From contig JANTFS010000001.1 of the NCBI GenBank assembly GCA_024763335.1, positions 1-61,432 of the forward strand: DNA of 61,432 nucleotides, in the 5' to 3' direction. The stretch is from Paracoccaceae bacterium (lineage in GTDB: Bacteria; Pseudomonadota; Alphaproteobacteria; Rhodobacterales; Rhodobacteraceae). Each line of letters begins with the position of its first letter. Positions within the stretch are counted from its first letter, which is position 1. Positions 34,322 to 43,965 of the stretch are shown in pieces. The position numbers and the translations under genes were made by a program. Under the pieces are notes generated by a model. That model worked only from the letters and a program-made list of their open reading frames with translations. It was not told the origin of the DNA and did no database searches.

Positions 34322-34396
34322 CGTGGCGCGACGAGGGAAGCCCCCGCCACCTCGCCGCGCCTGCCCGCCCGGATGAAGACCGGACCCGGGCGAACC

Positions 34397-34789
34397 TCAG
34401 AAGCCGATCTTCATCTTCTCGGCCTTCCCCCATGCGACCGCCTCGTCGATGATCGCGTGATAGTCCCCGATGTCCGGGTGGTCCCGGCCGAGCCGCAAGA
34501 ACATCAGCTCATCCTCCACGGTGAAGTGCTCGCGGATGCGAGCGACCACCTGCTCATTGATCGAGCGGATGACCGGGCTCACCTTCTTGAGCTTGCGGCG
34601 GGTGTCGTCGTCGAGCCGGACCTCGAAGAGCTCGATGTCGCCCAGCTCAGGCAGCTCCACGTCATCCGGGACATGGACATAGCGCCACGTGCCGATTTCG
34701 GCGATCACCGTCGCCCCCAGCTTGCCGGGGAGCTTGCGCTTGGAGCCCTCCGGCCCCTTCGCCGTCTTGGTGCGGTAGCGATAGATCAT
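34397..34789 (-). CDS. Putative tail-fibre assembly/chaperone protein
   Basis: Immediately downstream of the RBP; GAGGG RBS. Confidence 0.6.
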   Translation of the reverse strand: MIYRYRTKTAKGPEGSKRKLPGKLGATVIAEIGTWRYVHVPDDVELPELGDIELFEVRLDDDTRRKLKKVSPVIRSINEQVVARIREHFTVEDELMFLRLGRDHPDIGDYHAIIDEAVAWGKAEKMKIGF

Positions 34790-34792
34790 GGC

Positions 34793-36811
34793 TCACCCTC
34801 CGTAGAAGCCACACCGGAAGCCAAACTCGGCCCCGGCGCTGTTGCGGTGGCGGTTCCAGTCGACCGCCCACATGCCTGCGTCTTCCCCGTCGCCGTAGGA
34901 GCCGCCCACCGTGGGGATCAGGTTCTCGCGGCGCTCGGGGTCGATGTAGTCGGTTCCGAACAGGTTCGAGCCCGCACTCGACCAGCCGCCCCCGTCGATG
35001 GGCACCATGGCCGCGGTCTTGAGCCAGCCGGTCCCGGACAAAGAGGCATCGAGCACATCCTCGCTACCATCCCCCCAGTAAATCCACGCGGTCAGGCCCA
35101 CGAAGGGGAAGAAGTCGGCCACGAAGTCGTAGAGCCCTGAGAGGTGGCTCGCGCCGCCCCATGCACCGTTGGTGGCCTCCCAGCTATCGACCAGATCGCC
35201 CAGCGCCACGCTCTCCTTGAGCACATAGGCGTTGCCCCCGGTGTAGCTGTTCGCATCGTAATAGGTCTCCCCATCCCACGTCACTCCGAGCGCCGCCTCT
35301 TCGACCCCGCCGTTGATGCCCCAGACCCCGCAGGTCTGGCCATTGTGCGCGGTCTTGTCGCCGTTGGCCGTCGCCCCCGTGTCGGGCTTGTTGTAAGCGT
35401 CGCTGTCTCCCGAGGTGGAGAAGGTGACCGATCCGTCATCCACATCCGTCCGGCTCCACGTGTTGCAGCCCTTCGGATAATTGTCGGTCTTGGAGGCATC
35501 GTACCATGCGCAGAAGGCGGAGCCGGTGGCCGACTGCCCGTGCGCGGTCGCGAGCATGGCAAGCGCCCCGTACATGAAGATCGAAGCGCAGTTGAAGCCG
35601 GAGCCCCGAGCGCGCGAGAACTTGATCGCATCTCGCATGTTGCCGCTGCCCCCGGTCATCTCTCCGGTGTCGGTGACGTTGGACAGGTTGGCCAGCGAAA
35701 CGATGGGCTGACCGGCGACCGATCGCACGGCCGTCGATCCGTTTTTACTGGCCTGATACTTGTCGATGAAGAACCCGTGCTTGACCGAGCCGCCGTCGAT
35801 GAAGGCGCGGTGCAGCGCGTAGCCGGCGGCGTTCGCCTCGCCCACGGCGTCGAAGGTGTCCACCCCGGCAATGTCGATGGCGTTGGCCCCATAGGCGGCG
35901 TAACGCGGCGAGCTGGCGTGCCCGATCCGGTAGAAGAACGCCGGGACGAAGCACATGATCGAGCCGTCCGAATACTGATAGTTCCCGTAATTCGGCGAGG
36001 TCGGGTCATCGGTCCCGGTGAGGGCAGAGAAGCCAGACGGGAGCGTGTCCGGGTAGGTGCCGACGCCGAAGCCCTCGGTGCCCTGAACCCCGATCAGACC
36101 GCCGAAATTGTCCGCGGTGGTGAAGCTGGTCCCGGCCGACCACGGGGAGGTGCCGTTGTTCGCGCCGGTGTGCCGGACGCGCCAGTGATAGGCGGTGCTC
36201 TCATCGAGCCCGGTGACGGTCCATTCCTCGAGCGCGCTCCCCGATCCGGTCACGCTGTCCACGATGTTGGTGAAGCCGGCGTCGGTCGCGATCTGCCAGT
36301 CGGACGAGGCGTGCGTGTCGGTGATCCCGATCCACGAGAAGGCGGAGCTGGTGAGGGTCACCGTGCCGCCTTGGTCATTATCCCCGTTCGTCGGCAGGGT
36401 GTTCGTCGGCTGAACGATCCCCACATCGAGGATGCTCAGGGCGAAGGTGAAGTCGATGCCGTCCCGCGTCACCGTGATGGTGTCCTCGGTGCCGGTGCCG
36501 GGCGCGGTATAGGTGATGACGGCCCCGTCCCGGGAGACGGAGCCGTTCTCGGCGGCGACCGCGTAGGTCGCGAAGGACGAGAAGTCGGTGATGGTGAAGT
36601 CCTGCTCGTCGCCCTCATAGACGCTGGTCGGCCCGGTCAGCGCCACGGAGAAACCGATCTCGGAGCCGATCTCGGCCACCGTGCCATCGCCCTTCTTCAT
36701 GAACGCCTTGCCGTCAGCGATGTTGACGATGATCTCCCCGTCCCGGAAATCGGCCGGGAGCGGGACTTCGCCCGCCCCCACCTTCCGGCGGTGCTGATAC
36801 CGGGTCTGCAT
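34793..36811 (-). CDS. Receptor-binding protein: Ig/FN3 stalk plus Mtd-like C-type lectin head
   Basis: DGEIIVNIADGK anchor; YHWRVRH FN3; GFFIDKYQAS, GVWGINGGVEE, GGSY..G..AG, FGFRC terminus. Confidence 0.8.
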   Translation of the reverse strand: MQTRYQHRRKVGAGEVPLPADFRDGEIIVNIADGKAFMKKGDGTVAEIGSEIGFSVALTGPTSVYEGDEQDFTITDFSSFATYAVAAENGSVSRDGAVITYTAPGTGTEDTITVTRDGIDFTFALSILDVGIVQPTNTLPTNGDNDQGGTVTLTSSAFSWIGITDTHASSDWQIATDAGFTNIVDSVTGSGSALEEWTVTGLDESTAYHWRVRHTGANNGTSPWSAGTSFTTADNFGGLIGVQGTEGFGVGTYPDTLPSGFSALTGTDDPTSPNYGNYQYSDGSIMCFVPAFFYRIGHASSPRYAAYGANAIDIAGVDTFDAVGEANAAGYALHRAFIDGGSVKHGFFIDKYQASKNGSTAVRSVAGQPIVSLANLSNVTDTGEMTGGSGNMRDAIKFSRARGSGFNCASIFMYGALAMLATAHGQSATGSAFCAWYDASKTDNYPKGCNTWSRTDVDDGSVTFSTSGDSDAYNKPDTGATANGDKTAHNGQTCGVWGINGGVEEAALGVTWDGETYYDANSYTGGNAYVLKESVALGDLVDSWEATNGAWGGASHLSGLYDFVADFFPFVGLTAWIYWGDGSEDVLDASLSGTGWLKTAAMVPIDGGGWSSAGSNLFGTDYIDPERRENLIPTVGGSYGDGEDAGMWAVDWNRHRNSAGAEFGFRCGFYGG

Positions 36812-36820
36812 GGTGCCCTC

Positions 36821-37006
36821 CTACGGCTTCCACCGGCAGAGCTTTTCGCCGGTCTCGTTGTGCTGGACCACCTGTCGCATGGTGGCCTCGGTCATCTGGT
36901 CATCCTCACCGGGATAGATCGGCGAGGCAATCCGGCAGAAATCACCGCCGCACCCACCGATCATAGCGATGGCGAATATCATCGGCATCCGCGCGAGCCA
37001 CATCAT
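36821..37006 (-). CDS. o-spanin (Rz1-like lipoprotein)
   Basis: Lipobox-like IGGC; FC...PI...D....T...HNE....LC.W; overlaps the i-spanin. Confidence 0.75.
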   Translation of the reverse strand: MMWLARMPMIFAIAMIGGCGGDFCRIASPIYPGEDDQMTEATMRQVVQHNETGEKLCRWKP

Positions 37007-37196
37007 CTCGAACCTCCTTCGCTTGGCGCGCCGCGCGCGCCTTGGCCTTTGCCTGACGGGCCGCGTACTCGTCGCGGCCCGCCTGTTTGCCTTTGAACCA
37101 GACGGTGGCGACCAGCGACATGATCGCGGTCACCACTCCGATCCACAGTAGGGCCTTACGACCCACCGCGGAGAAGATCGCGCTGACCCAGCTCAC
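36942..37196 (-). CDS. i-spanin (Rz-like)
   Basis: GTGA coupling; N-terminal TM plus helical domain. Confidence 0.7.
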   Translation of the reverse strand: MSWVSAIFSAVGRKALLWIGVVTAIMSLVATVWFKGKQAGRDEYAARQAKAKARAARQAKEVRDDVARADADDIRHRYDRWVRR

Positions 37197-38179
37197 GGGG
37201 TCTTGCCCGACTGGTGGTCTTCGACGCGGGCCTTGAGAGCCTTGTATCCGAACCACGCCACCGCGAGGAAGCCGGCCGCGGCGAGCCACGGCAAGGACGA
37301 CATGAGCACCCCGTTCGCGCCGAAGATTTGCCACGCGGCATCGGCGTGATCGAGGACTTCGGCCGCGGCGTCGGCCGCCTCACCGACCTGCTCGACAGCC
37401 TGTTGCGCCTGCGAGATCGAATCGGCGACCTGCGTGGCGGTGGTGCCGACGAAGCCGACGAAGCCGAGGCCGATCTGAGCCTGCGATGCGGCCGCGATCC
37501 GGGAGCCGGAGGGCGCGCCGGTAGCCCGGGCCTCCGATACCTTGCGCGGCTTCGCCTTGAGCAGCGCTTCCTCGAACACCACGTCGATCACCGTGGTCAG
37601 GGGCAGATCGTTGTCCTCCTTGAAGGCGAGGATCGCGGCGCGGGTCATGTTGCCCACCACGCCATCGGCGCGGCCGACCATGTAATATCCGAGGTCGTAG
37701 AGCATGGTCTGCACCTCGCGCACGGTCAACTTCACGCGCACGTCGCGAGAGCCGGCCCGGCGGATGCTGGTCCAGCGCGAGATCGGCGTGGTGCTGATCT
37801 TCACGCTGTTCGACACGTTGCCGCCGATGGTCTTGATCGACTTCTTGCCGACGCGCTCGATCACGATCTCGACGTGACCCTGCCACGCCTTCGTGCCGCG
37901 CGGGCGAACCACCACATCGCCGGGCTGGATGTCGTCCGGGTCAACCTCGACCCCCCAGTCCTCGTAGCTCCGGGCGTTGAGTGCGCGGGTGGACCGGACG
38001 CCGCACTTTTCGAGGACGTAGCCGACGAAGGCCGCGCACCACGCGGTCTCGTCATCGGTCACCCAGTCGTGACCCAGCTCGGCGAACATGGCGACGATCT
38101 TCGCCTCGTGCTCCGGGCCGGGGATTTCCCGCAGGCCCTCGAACGTGAGGGCGAAATCGACAACGTGTTGGTAGGTCAT
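37193..38179 (-). CDS. Endolysin: TIGR02594/CHAP-like peptidase, PG-binding domain and C-terminal hydrophobic segments
   Basis: DDETAWCAAFV, GHV, GGN; VQ..L..LGY..G.ADG..G..TR.AI.AF. Confidence 0.9.
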   Translation of the reverse strand: MTYQHVVDFALTFEGLREIPGPEHEAKIVAMFAELGHDWVTDDETAWCAAFVGYVLEKCGVRSTRALNARSYEDWGVEVDPDDIQPGDVVVRPRGTKAWQGHVEIVIERVGKKSIKTIGGNVSNSVKISTTPISRWTSIRRAGSRDVRVKLTVREVQTMLYDLGYYMVGRADGVVGNMTRAAILAFKEDNDLPLTTVIDVVFEEALLKAKPRKVSEARATGAPSGSRIAAASQAQIGLGFVGFVGTTATQVADSISQAQQAVEQVGEAADAAAEVLDHADAAWQIFGANGVLMSSLPWLAAAGFLAVAWFGYKALKARVEDHQSGKTP

Positions 38180-38194
38180 GATGGTCTCCTTGGG

Positions 38195-38860
38195 TTACTT
38201 CTCGATTTCAACGGTGAGGGCCAGCGTCCGGCGCATGATCGGCACCTTCACCTGTGCCGTCGCAGCATCGCCGTCCGTGTCCATGAGGCAGTCGTAGCTC
38301 AGCTCCATGTAGAACTCTCCCAGCCCGCTCTGAGCCAACGGGGGAACGATAAAGTCTACCGGGATCACCACCCACTCATCCTGCAGGCGGGAGGGGCGGT
38401 GATCGTCAGAGCGATCCGCGGCGAAACGCCGACCGACCGCATCGACGAACCAGCGTCCTTGCATCGTGGGGGCGCTGCAGGCCTTGCCGAACTCGGTGCG
38501 CCGCGCGCGGAGCTGGCCTCTGCACTCATCACCAGCAAAACACGGGCCGATGAGGTAGCTGCGAAGCGCATCATACTCGACAATCTCCGGGGGCGGCACG
38601 AGCGCTGCGACTTGAACCTTGAGACCTTCGAGTTGAGCGCCTTGCTCAGCCACAACGGTGGCCACCTGCTCGGTTTTCTCGATCACCTCGTTTGTGCCGA
38701 CGAACTCGCGGCTGTAGTCTTGCACCTCATTGCGGGCGAACGTCCAGAGGAAGGCGATGATGGTCGTCGTAGCAACGATCCCGGCAATAGCCTTCTGCAT
38801 GACGGCGATGACGAAATCCAGCGATACCTTCCGGGCTTTTTCAGCGGTGCCGGGGGACAT
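38195..38860 (-). CDS. Single-TM protein with a periplasmic domain, holin candidate
   Basis: TM AIAGIVATTTIIAFLWTFA; directly upstream of the endolysin. Confidence 0.5.
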   Translation of the reverse strand: MSPGTAEKARKVSLDFVIAVMQKAIAGIVATTTIIAFLWTFARNEVQDYSREFVGTNEVIEKTEQVATVVAEQGAQLEGLKVQVAALVPPPEIVEYDALRSYLIGPCFAGDECRGQLRARRTEFGKACSAPTMQGRWFVDAVGRRFAADRSDDHRPSRLQDEWVVIPVDFIVPPLAQSGLGEFYMELSYDCLMDTDGDAATAQVKVPIMRRTLALTVEIEK

Positions 38861-38871
38861 GGGAAACCTTT

Positions 38872-39879
38872 CTACGTAATGGGCTGTTTTAGGTCGCAGC
38901 CGGTCTTGAACCCCGAGCCGCGGTCAAGCGTGTGCTGCACGCTCTCGATCCGATAGAAACCATCTACCCCAGAGCGGGTGCCTTCGAGAAGACACAACCC
39001 ATCCGGGATAGCGTCCGTGTTGCCTTCGATGGTGATCTTCCCTTCCCCGGCATCGCGCTCAGTCGTCGCGCCATCCGAGAAATTCTGCTGTCCGCTCTCC
39101 ACGTCATTGAATTTGGAGAAGCGGTGGGGCTGTAGGGCGGCGGTCCCGAGCGAGGTGCCCATGTCGATGAGCTGCCAAGCGTGCGCGGCCATGTCGTACC
39201 AGCGCGCGCGGACCACGTTGAACTGGGGGCGGCCGAGGGCCGGAGCGATGTCCCAGTCATGGAGATTTGAGGTGTCCGGGTTGTTCGTCCAGCGCGCGGT
39301 CACGAGCCCGTCGTACATCCCGTTTCGAAGGGAGAAGATCAGCCGGTTCCCGGTGATCCTGAAATTCCCCCCGACCTCCCGTGCCAGCCGCTCGCCCAGC
39401 GCGATGAAGCTCTCATCCCGAGCCTCGAAGTAGGTGCGGGGCAGGGCCGCGAGGATGGGGTCGATCATGAGGCCGTCGATGCCGGCGTAGGCCGCGGCGT
39501 CCGTGAGGATCTGGCCGACCGTGGTGTCATCCCAGTGGCGCTGTTGCCCCTCCTTCGCCCGGCCGGTCGTGTCCACGCCTTTCGCGTTGATCGAGATGGC
39601 GCGACCGCCGGACCGAGAGCCCTTTGACCGAACGTCATCAACGGTGCCCTCGAAGACCAGCCGCATCCCCTGCCCGACCCAGCCCAGAGAGATCAGGCAC
39701 TCGGCCCCGATGTCCGGGAAGACGATCCTGCCATCAGTGTCGTCTACCTCCAAGGTGGCGCTGTCGGTGTGCGTCCCGACCTTGTTGTTCACCGTCAGCC
39801 GGGTCATCACCGGCTCCAAGAGCGGCGTGATGTTGGTGCCGGCCACCGTTACGGAGAAGAGTGCGCGCTTCCAAGGCAT
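38872..39879 (-). CDS. Baseplate hub, P2 gpD-like
   Basis: D.A.L.VDD.DG, LGW, ESFIALGERLA, G.Y.IESV.H. Confidence 0.88.
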   Translation of the reverse strand: MPWKRALFSVTVAGTNITPLLEPVMTRLTVNNKVGTHTDSATLEVDDTDGRIVFPDIGAECLISLGWVGQGMRLVFEGTVDDVRSKGSRSGGRAISINAKGVDTTGRAKEGQQRHWDDTTVGQILTDAAAYAGIDGLMIDPILAALPRTYFEARDESFIALGERLAREVGGNFRITGNRLIFSLRNGMYDGLVTARWTNNPDTSNLHDWDIAPALGRPQFNVVRARWYDMAAHAWQLIDMGTSLGTAALQPHRFSKFNDVESGQQNFSDGATTERDAGEGKITIEGNTDAIPDGLCLLEGTRSGVDGFYRIESVQHTLDRGSGFKTGCDLKQPIT

Positions 39880-39882
39880 GGG

Positions 39883-40110
39883 TCACCACAGCGTGATGGG
39901 GTCGAGGATTTTCTCTTCCGGGTTCAAGACAACGGGCAGGTCAAAGACAGTGCCCACGGGGAGGATCGGGCCAAGCTCGGCCAGACCCGGGTTCAGGTCG
40001 AGCGTCTGCTCCACCAGCCCAAACATGGGCCGCCGGTATCGACGCCAGATGATGAGAGACAGGGTGACGGCATCGCCGCGCACCTCGATGGTTTCGGTCA
40101 GATCAGCCAT
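39883..40110 (-). CDS. P2 gpX-like tail protein
   Basis: LDLNPGLAELGPILPVGT..DLP...ITLW. Confidence 0.9.
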   Translation of the reverse strand: MADLTETIEVRGDAVTLSLIIWRRYRRPMFGLVEQTLDLNPGLAELGPILPVGTVFDLPVVLNPEEKILDPITLW

Positions 40111-40111
40111 G

Positions 40112-40564
40112 TCACAACGCCCACAGGAAGACGGTGGCCAGAGCGCCGAAGAAGCTGCCGTTGCCGGGGGCTCCGGCCTGCTTCACGGTGATGTCCACGG
40201 TGATTGCCTTGCCCACCCCGGGCATGTCCTGCCCGTCGAGGTAGGTGCTTCGAACCTTCACATCGGTGACCACGACCCAGCCGAACACCGCGCCGTCGCC
40301 CCGGACGAAATACTGAGGGTCGCCGCTCGCGCTCATGGCTCTCAGTTCGTCGAGATGACCGAGCCCTCCGAACTTGTGTGGGTAGAGCTTCCCCTTGATG
40401 GTCCAGCTCTCCACGTTTTCGCCCACGTGCTCGAGCGGCGGCATGATCCCGAGGACGGGCTTTTCGGCAAAGGCCGCCCCGTGAGAGTGCGAGTAATCGT
40501 TCGTGTTGAGCGGGACTAGCTCAAACGCGACCGAGCCAAGCTGCATGAGAAGAGGTCCGGGCAT
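40112..40564 (-). CDS. P2 gpU-like tail protein
   Basis: LMQLG...F, P.LE.VG, G.G.VFG.V. Confidence 0.88.
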   Translation of the reverse strand: MPGPLLMQLGSVAFELVPLNTNDYSHSHGAAFAEKPVLGIMPPLEHVGENVESWTIKGKLYPHKFGGLGHLDELRAMSASGDPQYFVRGDGAVFGWVVVTDVKVRSTYLDGQDMPGVGKAITVDITVKQAGAPGNGSFFGALATVFLWAL

Positions 40565-40573
40565 GTTTCCCTC

Positions 40574-43500
40574 CTAGACGAACCGCGTGCCGGTGTCACC
40601 GAAGGCTCCGCGGAACGCCTCCTTCACCGCCGCGTCCAGTTGCCGCGCGACTTCGGCCCCGATCATGCTGGGGTCCATCTGCCCCCCTTGGATCGAGATG
40701 GTGATCGGCGCGGTGACGCTCACCTCTTTGGACTGCGCCGCCGCCTTGCCGCGGCCGCCGTCCCCGGGCTCCCGGCCCGCGATCAGCTCAGGCCCCCGCG
40801 CCCGGAAGGCACGGCCGCCGGCCAACATACGCTCGGTGCTCCGGGCGTCATGGACGTACCCATTCCGGGAGGGGGTGATGAGTTCCGGCCCCTCTTCCCC
40901 GGTCAGGTAATCTTGACCGCGCCAGATCGTCCCGCCGCGCGCCCGACCCGGCGGCGTGGACGGGGCGGCCGCCGGGGCCGCGCTCCCGCTGTTGATCGAG
41001 CTGAGCGTGCTCTGCAGTTGCCGCGCCTTCGACAGCGCCGCATCGAGGCTTTGCTGGTTGATCTCCGGGTTGGTGTTCGTCTCGTCAATCACCTGCAGCG
41101 CCGCTACCAGCTCTTCCGCGGTCGCCTTCGCGCGCTCTTCCTCCGCCGTCAGCCGGGCCATGTTGGCCTCGGCCGCGGCGAGCTGGGTCACCCTGCGATC
41201 CTGCGTCCCGCCCCGGCCGGTTTTCGCGGGGTCTTCCGCGAGGCTGGCCTTTAGACCTTCTATCTTGGCCGCGGTGGCCTCCATCTCGGTGTTCAGCTCG
41301 GCAAGGTACTCCGTGGTCGGGAGCGGGCCGCTGGCCATCGCGCGCTTGATCCGCTCCATCGCCGCCTGCTGATCCGGGAGCTTGACCGCGAGCGCATCGA
41401 AATCCACAGGCTTGCTCGCGCCTTGGAGGACCCGGGCATTGTGCAGATCGGTTTCGAGGCGGGCGATCTCTTCCTCAAGGGCGGCAAGCTCCCGCTCCCG
41501 TCCGTCCCGCGTCCCACCGCGACCGGTCTTGGCCGGTCGATCCGCAAGGCTCTGGTTCAGCTCGTCGGAGCGAGCCTTGGCCTTCGCGAGCTGCGCCTCA
41601 AGGTTGTCGAAATAGGCGTCGGTGAAGACGGTCTGGCCTTCGATTTTTACCTGACCGACCGGCGTGTCGGTGCCCCAAAGTTTCTTCCACCACTCCGGCG
41701 GCTCCGGCCATTTGATGAGGTCGGACAGGTCCACGCCGAACGCCTCTTCGAGTACCTGCATCACCATGCGGGGGAGCGCGGTCAGCGCATCCTTGATCGC
41801 CTCGATGACGCGCTCGGTCATCGCCTTGGCGCTCGCGGTCACGTCCGCGGCCTCGGCCTCGCTCAGCTTCTCCCGCGAGAAGACCCGGCCGAACCAGCCC
41901 TTCACGCTGTTCGCGATCTCGTTGAGCCCCCCGAGCTTGTCGATCAGCGCTTGGATCGGGCCGAGCCCCGGGATGAGGTAGGAGAGGTCAAACTCCGGGA
42001 ACGCCTCGCTGATCCATTGCCCGAGCTTGGTCTCTTTGAAGGCCGCCTTCATCTCGGCCAGCTTGGCCACCATCTTGTCGATCCCCAGCCCCTCGATGAT
42101 GCCCTGCCCGACGCCCTTGCCGATGGCCTTGATCCGGTCCCAGAACTTCCACACGGCGAAGCCGGCGGCGGCCACCGCGGCCACCACGGCCCACACCGGG
42201 GCGCTGATACCCGCGAGAAATGCCCCGACAGCCGCCGCAGCGCCCCCGAGAGCGCCAAGAGCACCCGAGAAGGCACTCACCCCCGGCACGGCGAAGAGAA
42301 GCGCTCTCGCGCCGTGTGCCAGCCGGTGCATGAAGGTGGTCTTCGTCCCGGCCATGGCGGCGAGGGTGTTCTGGTATCGGATCGCCTCGTTCATGGGGCG
42401 GATCGCGCGGGTGGCCAGCCGGGCCGATCCGGCGAGCAGGTTGTAGCCGAAGGCCACGGTGCTCAGCACCCCGCCCTTCCCGAGCAGGCCGATGAAGCGC
42501 AGCCCGGCCATGGCCACGCGGAACCCGATCAGCGCCGCGGTCGCGGAGACCACGTTGGCCGTCAGCTTCGGGTGGGCGTCGGCGAAATCGGTGAGCTTGT
42601 TGAGCAGCGGGGTGAGCTGGTCCATGACCTGCGTCAGCGCCGGGATCAGCGCGTTGCCCACCGCGACCTTGAAGAAATACATCGAGTTGGCGAACTTCTG
42701 CATCCGGCCCTCGAAGGTGTCGGCCCGGATCGCAAATTCCTCGAAGGCGGAGCCCGCATAGCGGCTATCATCGGCGACCGCGGCAAGGGCCTCATCGAAG
42801 AAGTCTAGGTTTTCGGAGAGCGCCCCGAGCGCCTTGGCCTCGTTGCCGAAGATGTCGGACATGACCGAGGCCCGGAGATAGTCCGGGAGGTCGCTGATCC
42901 GCTGCAGGATGTCCCGGACGGTGCCGGTGGCGTCTTGCTGCATGTCCTTGGCGACCTGCTCGCTGTCGAGCCCGAGCTGCTTGAAGGCGGCCTTGGCCGG
43001 CCCGGTCGCCCGCGCGCCCTGCGTCAGCCGGAGCACCATGTTCTGGAAGCCGGTGGCGGCCACCTCCGCTTGGAAGCCTGCGGCGATCATCGCCGAGCCC
43101 AGCGCCATGGCCTCCTTCTGCGCGAAGCCGCCCTTCGACGCCATCGGGGCCGCCTTGGTCCAGAACTTCATCAGGTCCGGGGCGGAGGACGCCATGTTGT
43201 TCGATAGGTGGTTCAGCGCGTCACCGAGCAGGAGGGCTTCCTCCCGGGACATGCCGTAGCTCTTCTGCATCGCCGCGAGCAGCTTGCCCGTGTCGCGCGC
43301 GTTGGAGCCGAAGGCCACGGCCCACTTCGCGGCATCGCTGGTCGTCTGGATCAGCTCGTTCCCGGCGAAGCCCGCCTCACCGGCGGCCGCGGCAATCTCG
43401 CTGAGCTGGGTCACGGCGAGCGGAATGTCTTGGGCGAGCCCGCGAAGCTCGAGCTGGAACCCCTTGAAGGCGTCCTTGCCGGCCTGCGTCGTGGTGTCGA

Positions 43501-43810
43501 AGTCGTCGACCACCTTCTTCACATCCGCCATAGAGCTTTGGAACTCGGTCGCCGCCTCAACCGGGGCGGTCAGCGCGTTCTTGAGGATGTAGTACCCGGC
43601 CGCCGCGTCGATCAGCCCGCCGCGCGCGCTCGCGAGGCTGGCGTTGTTCCGGGCGATGGCGGCGTCCAGCCGGGTCGCAAATGGGATTGGACCCCGACCC
43701 GTTTCCCGGATCGAGGCCCCTATCGCTTTGAGGGAGGCCGCCGCCGCCCGCGCCGGGCCGGATACCCGGTCCATGAGGGAGATGACGAGCTTGGAGGTCA
43801 GCGTGCCCAT
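40574..43810 (-). CDS. Tape measure protein (TP901-type core)
   Basis: F.S.MADVKKVVD; 1078 aa helical; C-terminal RARGG...GE.GPEL. Confidence 0.95.
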   Translation of the reverse strand: MGTLTSKLVISLMDRVSGPARAAAASLKAIGASIRETGRGPIPFATRLDAAIARNNASLASARGGLIDAAAGYYILKNALTAPVEAATEFQSSMADVKKVVDDFDTTTQAGKDAFKGFQLELRGLAQDIPLAVTQLSEIAAAAGEAGFAGNELIQTTSDAAKWAVAFGSNARDTGKLLAAMQKSYGMSREEALLLGDALNHLSNNMASSAPDLMKFWTKAAPMASKGGFAQKEAMALGSAMIAAGFQAEVAATGFQNMVLRLTQGARATGPAKAAFKQLGLDSEQVAKDMQQDATGTVRDILQRISDLPDYLRASVMSDIFGNEAKALGALSENLDFFDEALAAVADDSRYAGSAFEEFAIRADTFEGRMQKFANSMYFFKVAVGNALIPALTQVMDQLTPLLNKLTDFADAHPKLTANVVSATAALIGFRVAMAGLRFIGLLGKGGVLSTVAFGYNLLAGSARLATRAIRPMNEAIRYQNTLAAMAGTKTTFMHRLAHGARALLFAVPGVSAFSGALGALGGAAAAVGAFLAGISAPVWAVVAAVAAAGFAVWKFWDRIKAIGKGVGQGIIEGLGIDKMVAKLAEMKAAFKETKLGQWISEAFPEFDLSYLIPGLGPIQALIDKLGGLNEIANSVKGWFGRVFSREKLSEAEAADVTASAKAMTERVIEAIKDALTALPRMVMQVLEEAFGVDLSDLIKWPEPPEWWKKLWGTDTPVGQVKIEGQTVFTDAYFDNLEAQLAKAKARSDELNQSLADRPAKTGRGGTRDGRERELAALEEEIARLETDLHNARVLQGASKPVDFDALAVKLPDQQAAMERIKRAMASGPLPTTEYLAELNTEMEATAAKIEGLKASLAEDPAKTGRGGTQDRRVTQLAAAEANMARLTAEEERAKATAEELVAALQVIDETNTNPEINQQSLDAALSKARQLQSTLSSINSGSAAPAAAPSTPPGRARGGTIWRGQDYLTGEEGPELITPSRNGYVHDARSTERMLAGGRAFRARGPELIAGREPGDGGRGKAAAQSKEVSVTAPITISIQGGQMDPSMIGAEVARQLDAAVKEAFRGAFGDTGTRFV

Positions 43811-43965
43811 GGGCTACCTTTCTCAATCCGCTTCGCTTCCGCGTGCCAGAGGATGATCTCGTCCCAGAACATATCCTCGAACGCCGTCAGGGGCGTGTTC
43901 AGCCAGTGGGCTGTTTCGGCGACGACGTGTCGCCAGTCGCCGGCACCACGCCCGCCGGAAAAAAA
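43798..43965 (-). CDS. gpE'-like extension by -1 frameshift at a T7 run (43959-43965)
   Basis: The -1 frame reads WRHVVAETAHWLNTPLTAFEDMFWDEIILWHAEAKR, like P2 E'. Confidence 0.8.
   Translation of the reverse strand, partial: FFSGGRGAGDWRHVVAETAHWLNTPLTAFEDMFWDEIILWHAEAKRIEKGSPWAR

Noticed and set aside
34150-36811. Complete diversity-generating retroelement
   Set aside because: No RT motif, accessory gene or template repeat was seen
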